A stretch of 64,000 nucleotides of DNA from an uncultured Bordetella sp. (GTDB lineage Bacteria > Pseudomonadota > Gammaproteobacteria > Burkholderiales > SG8-41). The stretch lies in contig CAZHJU010000014.1 in the NCBI GenBank assembly GCA_964533495.1, positions 2,421-66,420 on the forward strand, in the 5' to 3' direction. Made by a program: the position numbers and the translations under genes. Under the pieces are notes generated by a model. That model saw only the letters and a list, made by a program, of their open reading frames with translations. It was not told where the DNA came from and searched no databases. Positions 56,391 through 64,000 of this stretch are shown piece after piece; positions within the stretch are counted from its first letter, which is position 1, and each line of letters begins with the position of its first letter.

Positions 56391-57596
56391 ATGCCCCCAG
56401 CCCCCTTCGACTTCACCTCACTCTTACCCCCTAACCTCCCACCCGCCGCCGCCCGCTGGACCGGCCGCCCCAAATACGATTTCACCGGCGGCAACAACGA
56501 TCCGGACGCGCTGCCGCTCGACGGCCTGATTGCGGCGGCCGATGCGGTGCTGCGGCGAGAGGGGCGTACGCTGTCGACCTACGGGCTCAACAGCGGCCCG
56601 CAGGGTTACCGCGCGCTGCGCGATTTCCTCGCAAGCAAGCTCAAACGCGATGCCGGCATCGCCTGTTCCGCCGATGACATCCTGATCACCTCGGGTTCGC
56701 TGCAGGCGCTGGATCTCGTCAACCACGCGCTGCTTGCGCGCGGCGATACCGTGATCATCGAGGAGGATTGCTACCAGGGTTCGATCAATCGCCTGCTGCG
56801 GCTGGGCGTGACGCCGGTCGGCATTCCGCTCGACCGCGACGGCCTGCGCATCGACGCGCTCGAAGCCGCGCTGGCTGATTTGAAGCGCAAGGGCGTCCGT
56901 CCCAAGTACATTTACACCATCCCGACGGTACAGAACCCGACCGCCACCGTGCTGCCGCCGGAGCGGCGTGCGGCGCTGCTGCAACTGGCCTCGGACCACG
57001 GTGTGCCGGTGTTCGAGGACGACTGCTATGCCGATCTCACGTGGTCGGGCCAGCGCCCGCCGGCGCTGCACGCCCTGAGCGATCACGGCAACGTCATCTA
57101 CATCGGCTCCTTCTCGAAGACCATCGCGCCCGCCCTGCGTGTGGGCTACATCGTGGCACCGTGGTCGATCCTGTCGCGCATGCTGGCAATCAAGACCGAT
57201 GCCGGCTCCGGCGCGCTGGAGCAGATGGTGCTGGCGGAATACTGCACGGCGCATTTCTCGAAACATATGCCGGTGCTGCGCAAGAGCCTGCGCGCGAAGC
57301 TGGTGACGCTGATGGAGGCGCTCCGGGCGCAGTTCGGGACGGCAGCGGCATTCGACGACCCGCAGGGCGGCATCTTCCTGTGGGTGAAACTGCCGGACGG
57401 CGTGGATGCACTGCAGCTCTGCAAGCTGGCGCAGGCCGCGGGTGTGGCCATCAATCCCGGGCCCGAATGGTCGGTGAACAAGGCCCATGCCCGAAGCCGC
57501 CTGCGGCTGTGCTTCGCCAACCTGAGCCATGAGGAAATCAATCAGGGGGTGGCGGCACTGGCGGAGGTTTGCCGGCGGGAGTTCGGGGTGCCGTGA
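56391..57596 (+). CDS. PLP-dependent aminotransferase (class I/II, MocR/LysN-like, no HTH)
   Basis: ITSGSLQALDL, YTIPTVQNPT, EDDCY, GSFSKTIAPALRVG (PLP Lys), GGIFLW, RLCF. Confidence 0.93.
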   Translation: MPPAPFDFTSLLPPNLPPAAARWTGRPKYDFTGGNNDPDALPLDGLIAAADAVLRREGRTLSTYGLNSGPQGYRALRDFLASKLKRDAGIACSADDILITSGSLQALDLVNHALLARGDTVIIEEDCYQGSINRLLRLGVTPVGIPLDRDGLRIDALEAALADLKRKGVRPKYIYTIPTVQNPTATVLPPERRAALLQLASDHGVPVFEDDCYADLTWSGQRPPALHALSDHGNVIYIGSFSKTIAPALRVGYIVAPWSILSRMLAIKTDAGSGALEQMVLAEYCTAHFSKHMPVLRKSLRAKLVTLMEALRAQFGTAAAFDDPQGGIFLWVKLPDGVDALQLCKLAQAAGVAINPGPEWSVNKAHARSRLRLCFANLSHEEINQGVAALAEVCRREFGVP

Positions 57597-57629
57597 TGTC
57601 CGCGGCAATCGGCCGGACAATCTTCGCAG

Positions 57630-57692
57630 CCTCTCACCCCAACCCTCTGCCTCCCTTCAAGGGCCCCCTTGTCCCCGCAAGCGGGGGAGAGG
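57630..57692. repeat. Degenerate CCCTCACCCCAACCCTCTCCC...GGGAGAGG-type intergenic palindromic repeat
   Basis: CCTCTCACCCCAACCCTCT...CCCCGCAAGCGGGGGAGAGG between convergent genes. Confidence 0.5.
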
Positions 57693-57837
57693 AAGATTGT
57701 CATTTGACCAAGTAATCCCAGTATCGGGTTTTCATGTCATTTGACCGCATGGAATGAAAAAGACCGGTGCAACTACGCTGAATAGCGGCACCGGCCCCGT
57801 TTCCTTCCAATCTTTCAACGGTCTTTTACGTCACACC

Positions 57838-58815
57838 TTACTGCGGCTTCAGCCCCGCCGCGGCCGCCACCTTCTTCCACTTGGCGATCTCGGATTTGAT
57901 CATCGCCGCGTGTTCCGCCGGCGTGTTGCCGATGGGCAGCGCGCCGCGCTCGATCAGCATCTTGCTGTTTTTCGGATCGGTGAGCGACGCGCGCAGCGCG
58001 TCGCTGAGCTTCGTCGCGACCGGCTGCGGCAAGCCCGCAGGGCCGAGGTAGCTGAAGGGGCTGGTGACGACGAAGTCCTTCACGCCCGATTCGACCATGG
58101 TCGGCACATTGGGAAAGGACACGAAGCGGCTGTCGCCGCACTGCGCGATCATGCGCAGCCGGCCGCTCTGCAGATGACCGGTGATCGCCGGGATGCTGAC
58201 GAAGGAGAACTGCACCTGGCCGGCAACGAGATCGACGATCGACGGACCCGCGCCCTTGTAAGGGATGTGCACGGTCTTGATGCCGGCCGTGGCGTCGAAC
58301 AGCGCGCCCGACAGGTGGCCCAGCGCGCCCTGGCCGGAGCTGGAGTAGTTGAGATCACCCGGCCGCTTCTTGGCGAGGGCGACAAGGTCCTGCACGGTTT
58401 TCACCGGCAGCGAGGGGTGCACGGCGAGCCCGGCCGGGATGTCGACGATGATGCCGAGCGGCGTGAAATCCTTCTCCGCGTCGAAGGGAATGTTCTTCAG
58501 CAGCGCGGGATTGAACAGAAAACTCGCCGCCGCGATCAGCGTGGTGTAGCCGTCGGGCGCGGCGCGCGCGACCATCTCCGCGCCGATGTTGCCGCCGGCG
58601 CCGGGACGATAGTCGATGACGAGTTGCTGTCCCAGCACCTCGCCCATCTTCGGCGCGAGCAGCCGGAACAGCACGTCGCTGTTGCCGCCGGGCGCGTTGG
58701 GATTGACGACGCGCAGGATCTTGCTGGGGAACTGCTGCGCCGCGACCTGGGCGGCGGGTACTGCGGTCAGCGCGGCGACGCAAACGAGCGCCGCGCGCAA
58801 AAGGGTCCTCGACAT
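57838..58815 (-). CDS. Bug/TctC substrate-binding protein
   Basis: AGGAGG RBS, signal peptide, PNAPGGNSD, DYRPGAGGNIG, HIPYKGAGP. Confidence 0.93.
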   Translation of the reverse strand: MSRTLLRAALVCVAALTAVPAAQVAAQQFPSKILRVVNPNAPGGNSDVLFRLLAPKMGEVLGQQLVIDYRPGAGGNIGAEMVARAAPDGYTTLIAAASFLFNPALLKNIPFDAEKDFTPLGIIVDIPAGLAVHPSLPVKTVQDLVALAKKRPGDLNYSSSGQGALGHLSGALFDATAGIKTVHIPYKGAGPSIVDLVAGQVQFSFVSIPAITGHLQSGRLRMIAQCGDSRFVSFPNVPTMVESGVKDFVVTSPFSYLGPAGLPQPVATKLSDALRASLTDPKNSKMLIERGALPIGNTPAEHAAMIKSEIAKWKKVAAAAGLKPQ

Positions 58816-59347
58816 GTTGCTCCTCCTATTGCCATTGATGGTTTTCATTGATGGTTTTTTATGGATGCTGCCGGAACATCATAGCCCACATGCGCGGGCC
58901 TGTGACCGCGGCGGAAAAACCTGCCCCGGATGTCGGCACGACGATGGCAGCCGGGCCGCCTGCGGGTATCTGATCCCGTTTCTCCCGGAATCCGGGGCGC
59001 CAGGGCCAACCGGTTTCAGGAAACGCGCCCTGCCGCCCGCGCCCCGATCCCCGATCTGTGGGTCGTCCGCCCCCATTCGGTGCATTCGATGCCCGGGAGT
59101 TCCGCAAGAGCTTCCAAACCCGGAACGATGATCGCCGGATGCTGTTGCGACAGGATCTGTGCATGCAAGTGCCTGATGGCTTCTGCGCGCCGCGTGCCAC
59201 ACTACCACTCCCGATATTTCATTTGACGGACTTTGCGTTGTAACCCGCGGCACCGCGGGCGTATGCTGTCGGCCTTGCTCTTCAGAGTAAAAAAGAATCT
59301 CCAGCCGCGCGGGCCGGAACATGCGCTCTACCGGAAGAGATACCACG

Positions 59348-60703
59348 ATGGAATACGACATCTACGCCAGCAACCGCGTCTTCCTCGAACTCTTCGAAGC
59401 CGCTCCGCACCCGATGTGGGTCTTCGACGCCAAAACGCTGAAATTCCTCGCCGCGAACGACGTCGCAATCGCCGGCTACGGATACAAACGGGAAGAATTC
59501 CTGAAAATGTCGGTGGACAGCCTCCACCTTCCGGAAGATGCCGAACGCTACCGCACGCACCTACGCACCCGGACCGGCACCGTCGACCGCGCCGGCCGCT
59601 GGCGCCACCGCACCCGCGACGGCTCGGTGCTGCACGTGGACATCATCTCGAACAGGATTCTCTTCGACGGCCACGCTGCCGAGCTCATGATGGCCATCGA
59701 TGTCTCGGAACAGGTGCGCGAACTGGAAAAACTGCGGACGGCCGAGGCGATGTACCGCAGCCTGATCGAGCACACGATGGTCGGGCTTTACATCGTCAGG
59801 GGCATGAAAATCGCCTATGTCAACCCGCGCATCGCTGCGATGTTCGGCTATCCAGAGGAAAATCTCGTCGGCATGGATCTGCTGGAGCTGATCGTGCCGT
59901 CCGAGCGCGACGCCGCGCAGGCGACGATCCGCGAACTTGTCGACAGCCCGGCCGCCAGCAGCCACCGCACCTTCACCGGCCTGCGCCGGGACGGCAGCCG
60001 GATCATCATCGACGTGCAGAACACGCGCGCCGGCGCGCCGGGCGAACCGATCATGATGGGCGTTGCGATCGACGTCACCGAGAAACATCTCGCCGGGCAA
60101 CGCGCGCAGGAGCACCTCGCCCACATCCGGCGCATGCTGGACGACACGCTGCACGCGATCTCGAACATCGGCGAGGTCCGCGACGCCTACACCGCCTGGC
60201 ATGAATCGCGCGTCGGCAACCTGGCCGCGGCCATCGGCGCCGAACTGGGTCTGGACACGCAGACGCAGGAAATGCTGCGCACCGTCGGCATCGTGCACGA
60301 CACCGGCAAGATCGGCGTGCCGCTGGACATCCTCACCAAACCGGTCAGGCTCAAGCCTTCCGAATACGATCTGATCAAAACGCATGCGCAGACCGGCTAC
60401 GACATCCTGAAGGCGATCGATTTCCAGCAGCCCGTCGCCCAGGCCGTGCTGCAGCACCACGAGCGTCTCGACGGCAGCGGCTATCCCAATGGACTCAAGG
60501 GCGACGAGATCCTGCCGGCCGCCCGGATAGTCGCGGTGGCGGACGTCTTCGAATCGATGTGCGCCCACCGCCCCTACCGGGCGGCGCTGGGTGCCGACGC
60601 CGCGCTGGACGAAATCATCCGCAACGCCGGCCGGCTCTATGACGCCGACGCCAGCGCAGCCTGTGCGCGGCTGATCCGCGAGAAGGACTACGTGATTCGC
60701 TGA
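59348..60703 (+). CDS. PAS-PAS-HD-GYP phosphodiesterase
   Basis: Two PAS domains (FEAAPHPMWVFD; LIEHTMVGLYIV), DAYTAWHESRV, HDTGKIG, HHERLDGSGYP, ADVFESM..HRPYR. Confidence 0.92.
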   Translation: MEYDIYASNRVFLELFEAAPHPMWVFDAKTLKFLAANDVAIAGYGYKREEFLKMSVDSLHLPEDAERYRTHLRTRTGTVDRAGRWRHRTRDGSVLHVDIISNRILFDGHAAELMMAIDVSEQVRELEKLRTAEAMYRSLIEHTMVGLYIVRGMKIAYVNPRIAAMFGYPEENLVGMDLLELIVPSERDAAQATIRELVDSPAASSHRTFTGLRRDGSRIIIDVQNTRAGAPGEPIMMGVAIDVTEKHLAGQRAQEHLAHIRRMLDDTLHAISNIGEVRDAYTAWHESRVGNLAAAIGAELGLDTQTQEMLRTVGIVHDTGKIGVPLDILTKPVRLKPSEYDLIKTHAQTGYDILKAIDFQQPVAQAVLQHHERLDGSGYPNGLKGDEILPAARIVAVADVFESMCAHRPYRAALGADAALDEIIRNAGRLYDADASAACARLIREKDYVIR

Positions 60704-60929
60704 ACCGGAACGGATTCGTTCAGACCGGCATCTGGCCTCCCCGGAGCGCACCCGTCATGCTCGGGAAGACACGACATCGCGGGGGCGCGGCCGCTGAAAG
60801 CCGGGCGCTGTCCCGTTCCCGCCGAAGCACGGCGGATTCACGGAAAAGCAGGCCGCCGCCGGAAGCGGAACAGCCGGATTTCGGACAACCGGCTATAGAA
60901 TAGGACTCTTCATTTTTTCCAAAGCGCCC

Positions 60930-61940
60930 ATGAAACGAATCGTCATCTGCTCCGACGGCACTTGGCAATCGCCGGAGTCCGAAAATCCCACCCACCTGAT
61001 GCGCCTCGCGCGCGGCATCGCGCCGGCCGGGGCCGGCGGCGCCCGCCAGGTCGTGTACTACGACTGGGGCGTGGGCACCGAGGGCGATTCGATCAGCGGC
61101 GGCGCCACCGGCGCGGGGCTCGACAAGAACATCATGGATTGTTACCGCTTCATCGTGCACAACTACGCGCCCGGCGATGCCCTGTTCTTTTTCGGATTCA
61201 GCCGCGGCGCCTACACGGTGCGCTCGCTGGCCGGGTTCATCCGCAACTGCGGCATCCTGAAACGCGCGCACGCGGAAAAAATTCCCGGGGCCTACGAGCT
61301 GTACCGCGAGCGCAGCGCGAACTCGGTGCCGGATGCGCCGAAATCGAAGCAGTTCCGCAGGGATCATGCGGTCGCCGACATCTCGCCGATCGAGTTCATC
61401 GGCGTGTGGGACACCGTGGGCGCGCTGGGCATTCCCGCGCCCTTCCTCGGCACGCTGAACACCGGCCGCTATCTTTTTCACGACACGCAGCCCAGCAAGA
61501 TCATCCGGCACGCCCGCCACGCGGTCGCGATCGACGAGCGCCGAGAGGATTTCCTGCCGTCCCTGTGGGAGGCCAAGGAGGGCATCGACCTGCGGCAGGT
61601 CTGGTTCGCCGGCGTGCACACCGACATCGGCGGCGGCTACGAGGACCATGCGCTGGGCGATTTCGCCGGACAGTGGATGACGCGCGAGGCCTCCGGCTTC
61701 GGGCTCGCCTTCGAGCGCCATTTCCTGGCCAGCCTCAAGCCCGACCACCGGGCGGCGATGCACAACGAATACAAGGGTATGTACAAGATCCTCGGCCGCT
61801 CGAAGTACCGCACGGTCGAGCCGCTACTCCACCGCAGCGTGAAAAAGCGTTTCGACGACGCAGCGGTCGCCTACAACAGCCCCGCGCTGAAGCAGTTGCT
61901 GCAGGGCAGAAGCTGGGACGACATCGAACTCGTCGACTGA
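60930..61940 (+). CDS. DUF2235 (Tle1-like alpha/beta hydrolase) protein
   Basis: RIVICSDGTW, YYDWGVG, FGFSRGAYTVRSLAG, GVWDTVGALG, HAVAIDERR, WFAGVHTDIGGG. Confidence 0.9.
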   Translation: MKRIVICSDGTWQSPESENPTHLMRLARGIAPAGAGGARQVVYYDWGVGTEGDSISGGATGAGLDKNIMDCYRFIVHNYAPGDALFFFGFSRGAYTVRSLAGFIRNCGILKRAHAEKIPGAYELYRERSANSVPDAPKSKQFRRDHAVADISPIEFIGVWDTVGALGIPAPFLGTLNTGRYLFHDTQPSKIIRHARHAVAIDERREDFLPSLWEAKEGIDLRQVWFAGVHTDIGGGYEDHALGDFAGQWMTREASGFGLAFERHFLASLKPDHRAAMHNEYKGMYKILGRSKYRTVEPLLHRSVKKRFDDAAVAYNSPALKQLLQGRSWDDIELVD

Positions 61941-61964
61941 CCATTCAACCGGAGGAGCAAAATC

Positions 61965-62954
61965 GTGACCGCCACAAGCCCGTTTACCGCCCCCGTCGTC
62001 GACGCCCTCACCGTCCGTGTGCTCGTCGATTCCCGCTACGAGCGCTTCCTGCCGCGCATGACGCATCCGCACGTGCAGGTCGAGCACGTCGGGCGCATCT
62101 ACGGCCGGCCCGAGAGCACCTTCGCCTGCGAGTGGGGCCTGTCGCTGCACCTCGTTTCGGAGAAGGACGGCGCGAAGGCGCAGTACGTGCTCGATTTCGG
62201 CTACACGCCGGAGATCATCAACCGCAATTTCGAACTGCTGGGCATCGAACCCGGCAAGATCAACGGCCTGATCCTGTCCCACGGCCACCTCGACCATTTC
62301 GGCGGGCTGCAGGGCTTCGTGAAGCAGCACCGCGGGCAGATGCGCGACGACATCGCGCTCTACGTCGGCGGCGAGACGGTGTTCCGCACCAAGTGGATCA
62401 AGGAAGGCGGCGACCCGATGGCCTGGTGCACGCTCGATCGCGCGGCGCTGGAAGCGCAGAAGGTGATGCCGGTGTGCTGCCCGAAACCGCAGGCGCTGGA
62501 CGGCGCCTTCACGTCGGGCTACATCGAGCGCGATTCCTTCGAGACCGTCACCGGCGGCTCGCTGGTGGTCGACGACCATTTCACCGAGGCCGAGCGCGCC
62601 GGCAATCTGGTCAAGGACACCCATCCCGACGAGCACGCCACCTGCTACATCGTCAAAGGCAAGGGCCTGGTGGTGATTTCCTCCTGCGGCCACACCGGCA
62701 TCATCAACACGGTGAGGAGCGCGATGAAGGCCGCCAACGTCGACAAGGTGCACGCGGTGATGGGCGGCTTCCACCTCGGCCCGTCGCACACGGACTACCT
62801 GCAGCACACGCTGAAGGAACTGCAGGCCATCAACCCCGACGTGATCGTGCCGATGCACTGCACCGGCGAACGCTTCATCGACATGCTGCGCCAGCAGATG
62901 CCCGATCGGGTGGTCTACTCCAACGTCGGCAGCCGCTATACCTTCGGCGGCTGA
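61965..62954 (+). CDS. MBL-fold metallo-hydrolase
   Basis: EWGLSL, LDFG, LSHGHLDHFGG, SCGHTG, GGFHL, HCTG. Confidence 0.9.
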   Translation: MTATSPFTAPVVDALTVRVLVDSRYERFLPRMTHPHVQVEHVGRIYGRPESTFACEWGLSLHLVSEKDGAKAQYVLDFGYTPEIINRNFELLGIEPGKINGLILSHGHLDHFGGLQGFVKQHRGQMRDDIALYVGGETVFRTKWIKEGGDPMAWCTLDRAALEAQKVMPVCCPKPQALDGAFTSGYIERDSFETVTGGSLVVDDHFTEAERAGNLVKDTHPDEHATCYIVKGKGLVVISSCGHTGIINTVRSAMKAANVDKVHAVMGGFHLGPSHTDYLQHTLKELQAINPDVIVPMHCTGERFIDMLRQQMPDRVVYSNVGSRYTFGG

Positions 62955-63091
62955 ACGGGCCGCGGGGTCGCCTGCCGCGGCGAATTAAAGCGAATCCGGG
63001 CGGTCAGACGCAGTATATTGCGCGGTCCGCGCGCGCCCGGCTCCGCCCTGCAAACGGCCATCCGGGAAATCCGCCGCGGCAACCATGATCG

Positions 63092-63916
63092 ATGAACGAC
63101 CGGGACGACTTCTTCCGCAGCAAAAACGACGGCGCGGTGCCGCGGCTGTCGGCGGCGCTCGCGCTGTCGGTGCTGGTTCACGCCGCCGCGCTGTGGGTCG
63201 CGCCGCAGAAACCGGTGCTGACCGCCGAACCACTCGATGATTCCAGCCGCGCGCCGCTGAGCCTGCGGCTGCTTCCCCCCGCGCCGCTGCCGGGCCCCGC
63301 CGTGATTCCGTCGCCACCACCGGCGCCACGGCCGAAGGCTGCGTTGCCGCCGCGGCCGACACCCCCGGCCGCCGTCAAACCGGCGCCCGTCCCGCAGGCG
63401 CCCGCGCCGGTCGCGCCGCCGGCCTCCCCGCCTCCCGCGATGACGGGCGACCTGGCCTCATACATCGAGGCACGGCGGCGCAGCCAGGCCAGCGTCCCGC
63501 CCGCGCCGCCGGCGGAAAACACGGACGACCGCGCCCGGCGCGTCATCGAGGGCAACCTCGGCTCGACGCGGAGCCAGGCCTTCGGTTACGACCCGGAAAA
63601 AAGCGGCGGCATGTTCAACATCGAGCAACTGGGCAGCGACTACGCCGAGTTCACGTACCACGGCTGGCGCAGCGACATCGGCCGCAACACCAAGCAGCTG
63701 ATCGCCGTGCACAGGGGCAACAATCCCGACATCCGGATCGTCGTGGTGCGCCGGATGATCGCCATCATCCGCGACAACACGCAGGAGGATTTTCTGTGGG
63801 TGTCGAAGCGGCTGGGCCGCAGCGTGATGCTGTCGGCACGCCCCCGGGACAACGCGGGGCTGGAGGAATTCCTGATGAACGATTTTTTCCACCAGACCGC
63901 GCCGGCGCAGCGCTGA
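63092..63916 (+). CDS. Hypothetical protein with a TonB-like N-terminal anchor and Pro-rich linker
   Basis: LALSVLVHAAAL TM (SxxxH), about 70 aa Pro/Ala-rich segment, globular C-terminus. Confidence 0.6.
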   Translation: MNDRDDFFRSKNDGAVPRLSAALALSVLVHAAALWVAPQKPVLTAEPLDDSSRAPLSLRLLPPAPLPGPAVIPSPPPAPRPKAALPPRPTPPAAVKPAPVPQAPAPVAPPASPPPAMTGDLASYIEARRRSQASVPPAPPAENTDDRARRVIEGNLGSTRSQAFGYDPEKSGGMFNIEQLGSDYAEFTYHGWRSDIGRNTKQLIAVHRGNNPDIRIVVVRRMIAIIRDNTQEDFLWVSKRLGRSVMLSARPRDNAGLEEFLMNDFFHQTAPAQR

Positions 63917-63961
63917 TCGGACGGCGCCCGCGGGCGCCTTTTCCGCGCGGAAAACGCCACC

Positions 63962-64000
63962 TCAGGACACGAGGAAGTCCTTGAACATCACGTCCACCCA
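63962..64000 (-). CDS. 3' end of an unidentified gene entering from the right edge
   Basis: Minus strand ...WVDVMFKDFLVS-TGA; too short to assign. Confidence 0.4.
   Translation of the reverse strand, partial: WVDVMFKDFLVS

Noticed and set aside
58850-59347. c-di-GMP riboswitch upstream of the HD-GYP gene
   Set aside because: No GEMM-I or class II core motifs recognised by eye.
1-64000. CRISPR array, rRNA, tRNA (including selC), IS transposase
   Set aside because: No regularly spaced repeats, recognisable structural RNA sequence or transposase motifs seen; a covariance-model scan is needed to exclude small RNAs.

Overview
GC-rich (about two-thirds G+C by eye) chromosomal segment, most likely from a betaproteobacterium. 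That is inferred from the dnaG-yqeY-rpsU / tsaD-plsY-folB / ogt-xerD synteny, six orphan Bug/TctC-type solute receptors and a nosZ-R-D-F-Y-L gene order. The left end is housekeeping. The middle holds transport and catabolic genes: a TRAP-TAXI pair, an EmrAB-like pump, a hybrid kinase with an HD-GYP regulator, and a CoA-transferase/MaoC block. Positions 40-51 kb carry a complete clade I N2O-reductase cluster with a divergent cytochrome c and nosX/apbE and a convergent nsrR. A low-GC MT-A70/BglII-like restriction-modification cassette sits at about 55-56.3 kb. Main discoveries: (1) two adjacent secreted thioredoxin-fold genes (TlpA-like and peroxiredoxin), each split in the ORF track by an in-frame TGA exactly at the catalytic Cys position and followed by a hairpin, i.e. 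a probable tandem periplasmic selenoprotein redox pair; (2) seven AT-rich islets matching the IHF consensus, several at convergent gene ends or inside coding sequence; (3) an NsrR-type palindrome and an FNR-type box in the nosZ/cytochrome c divergent promoter, with lipoboxes on NosZ, NosL and the cytochrome; (4) a compositional rewrite of the gene ends flanking the R-M cassette. No rRNA, tRNA, CRISPR array, transposase or phage gene was recognised. All family assignments come from motif reading, not database searches.
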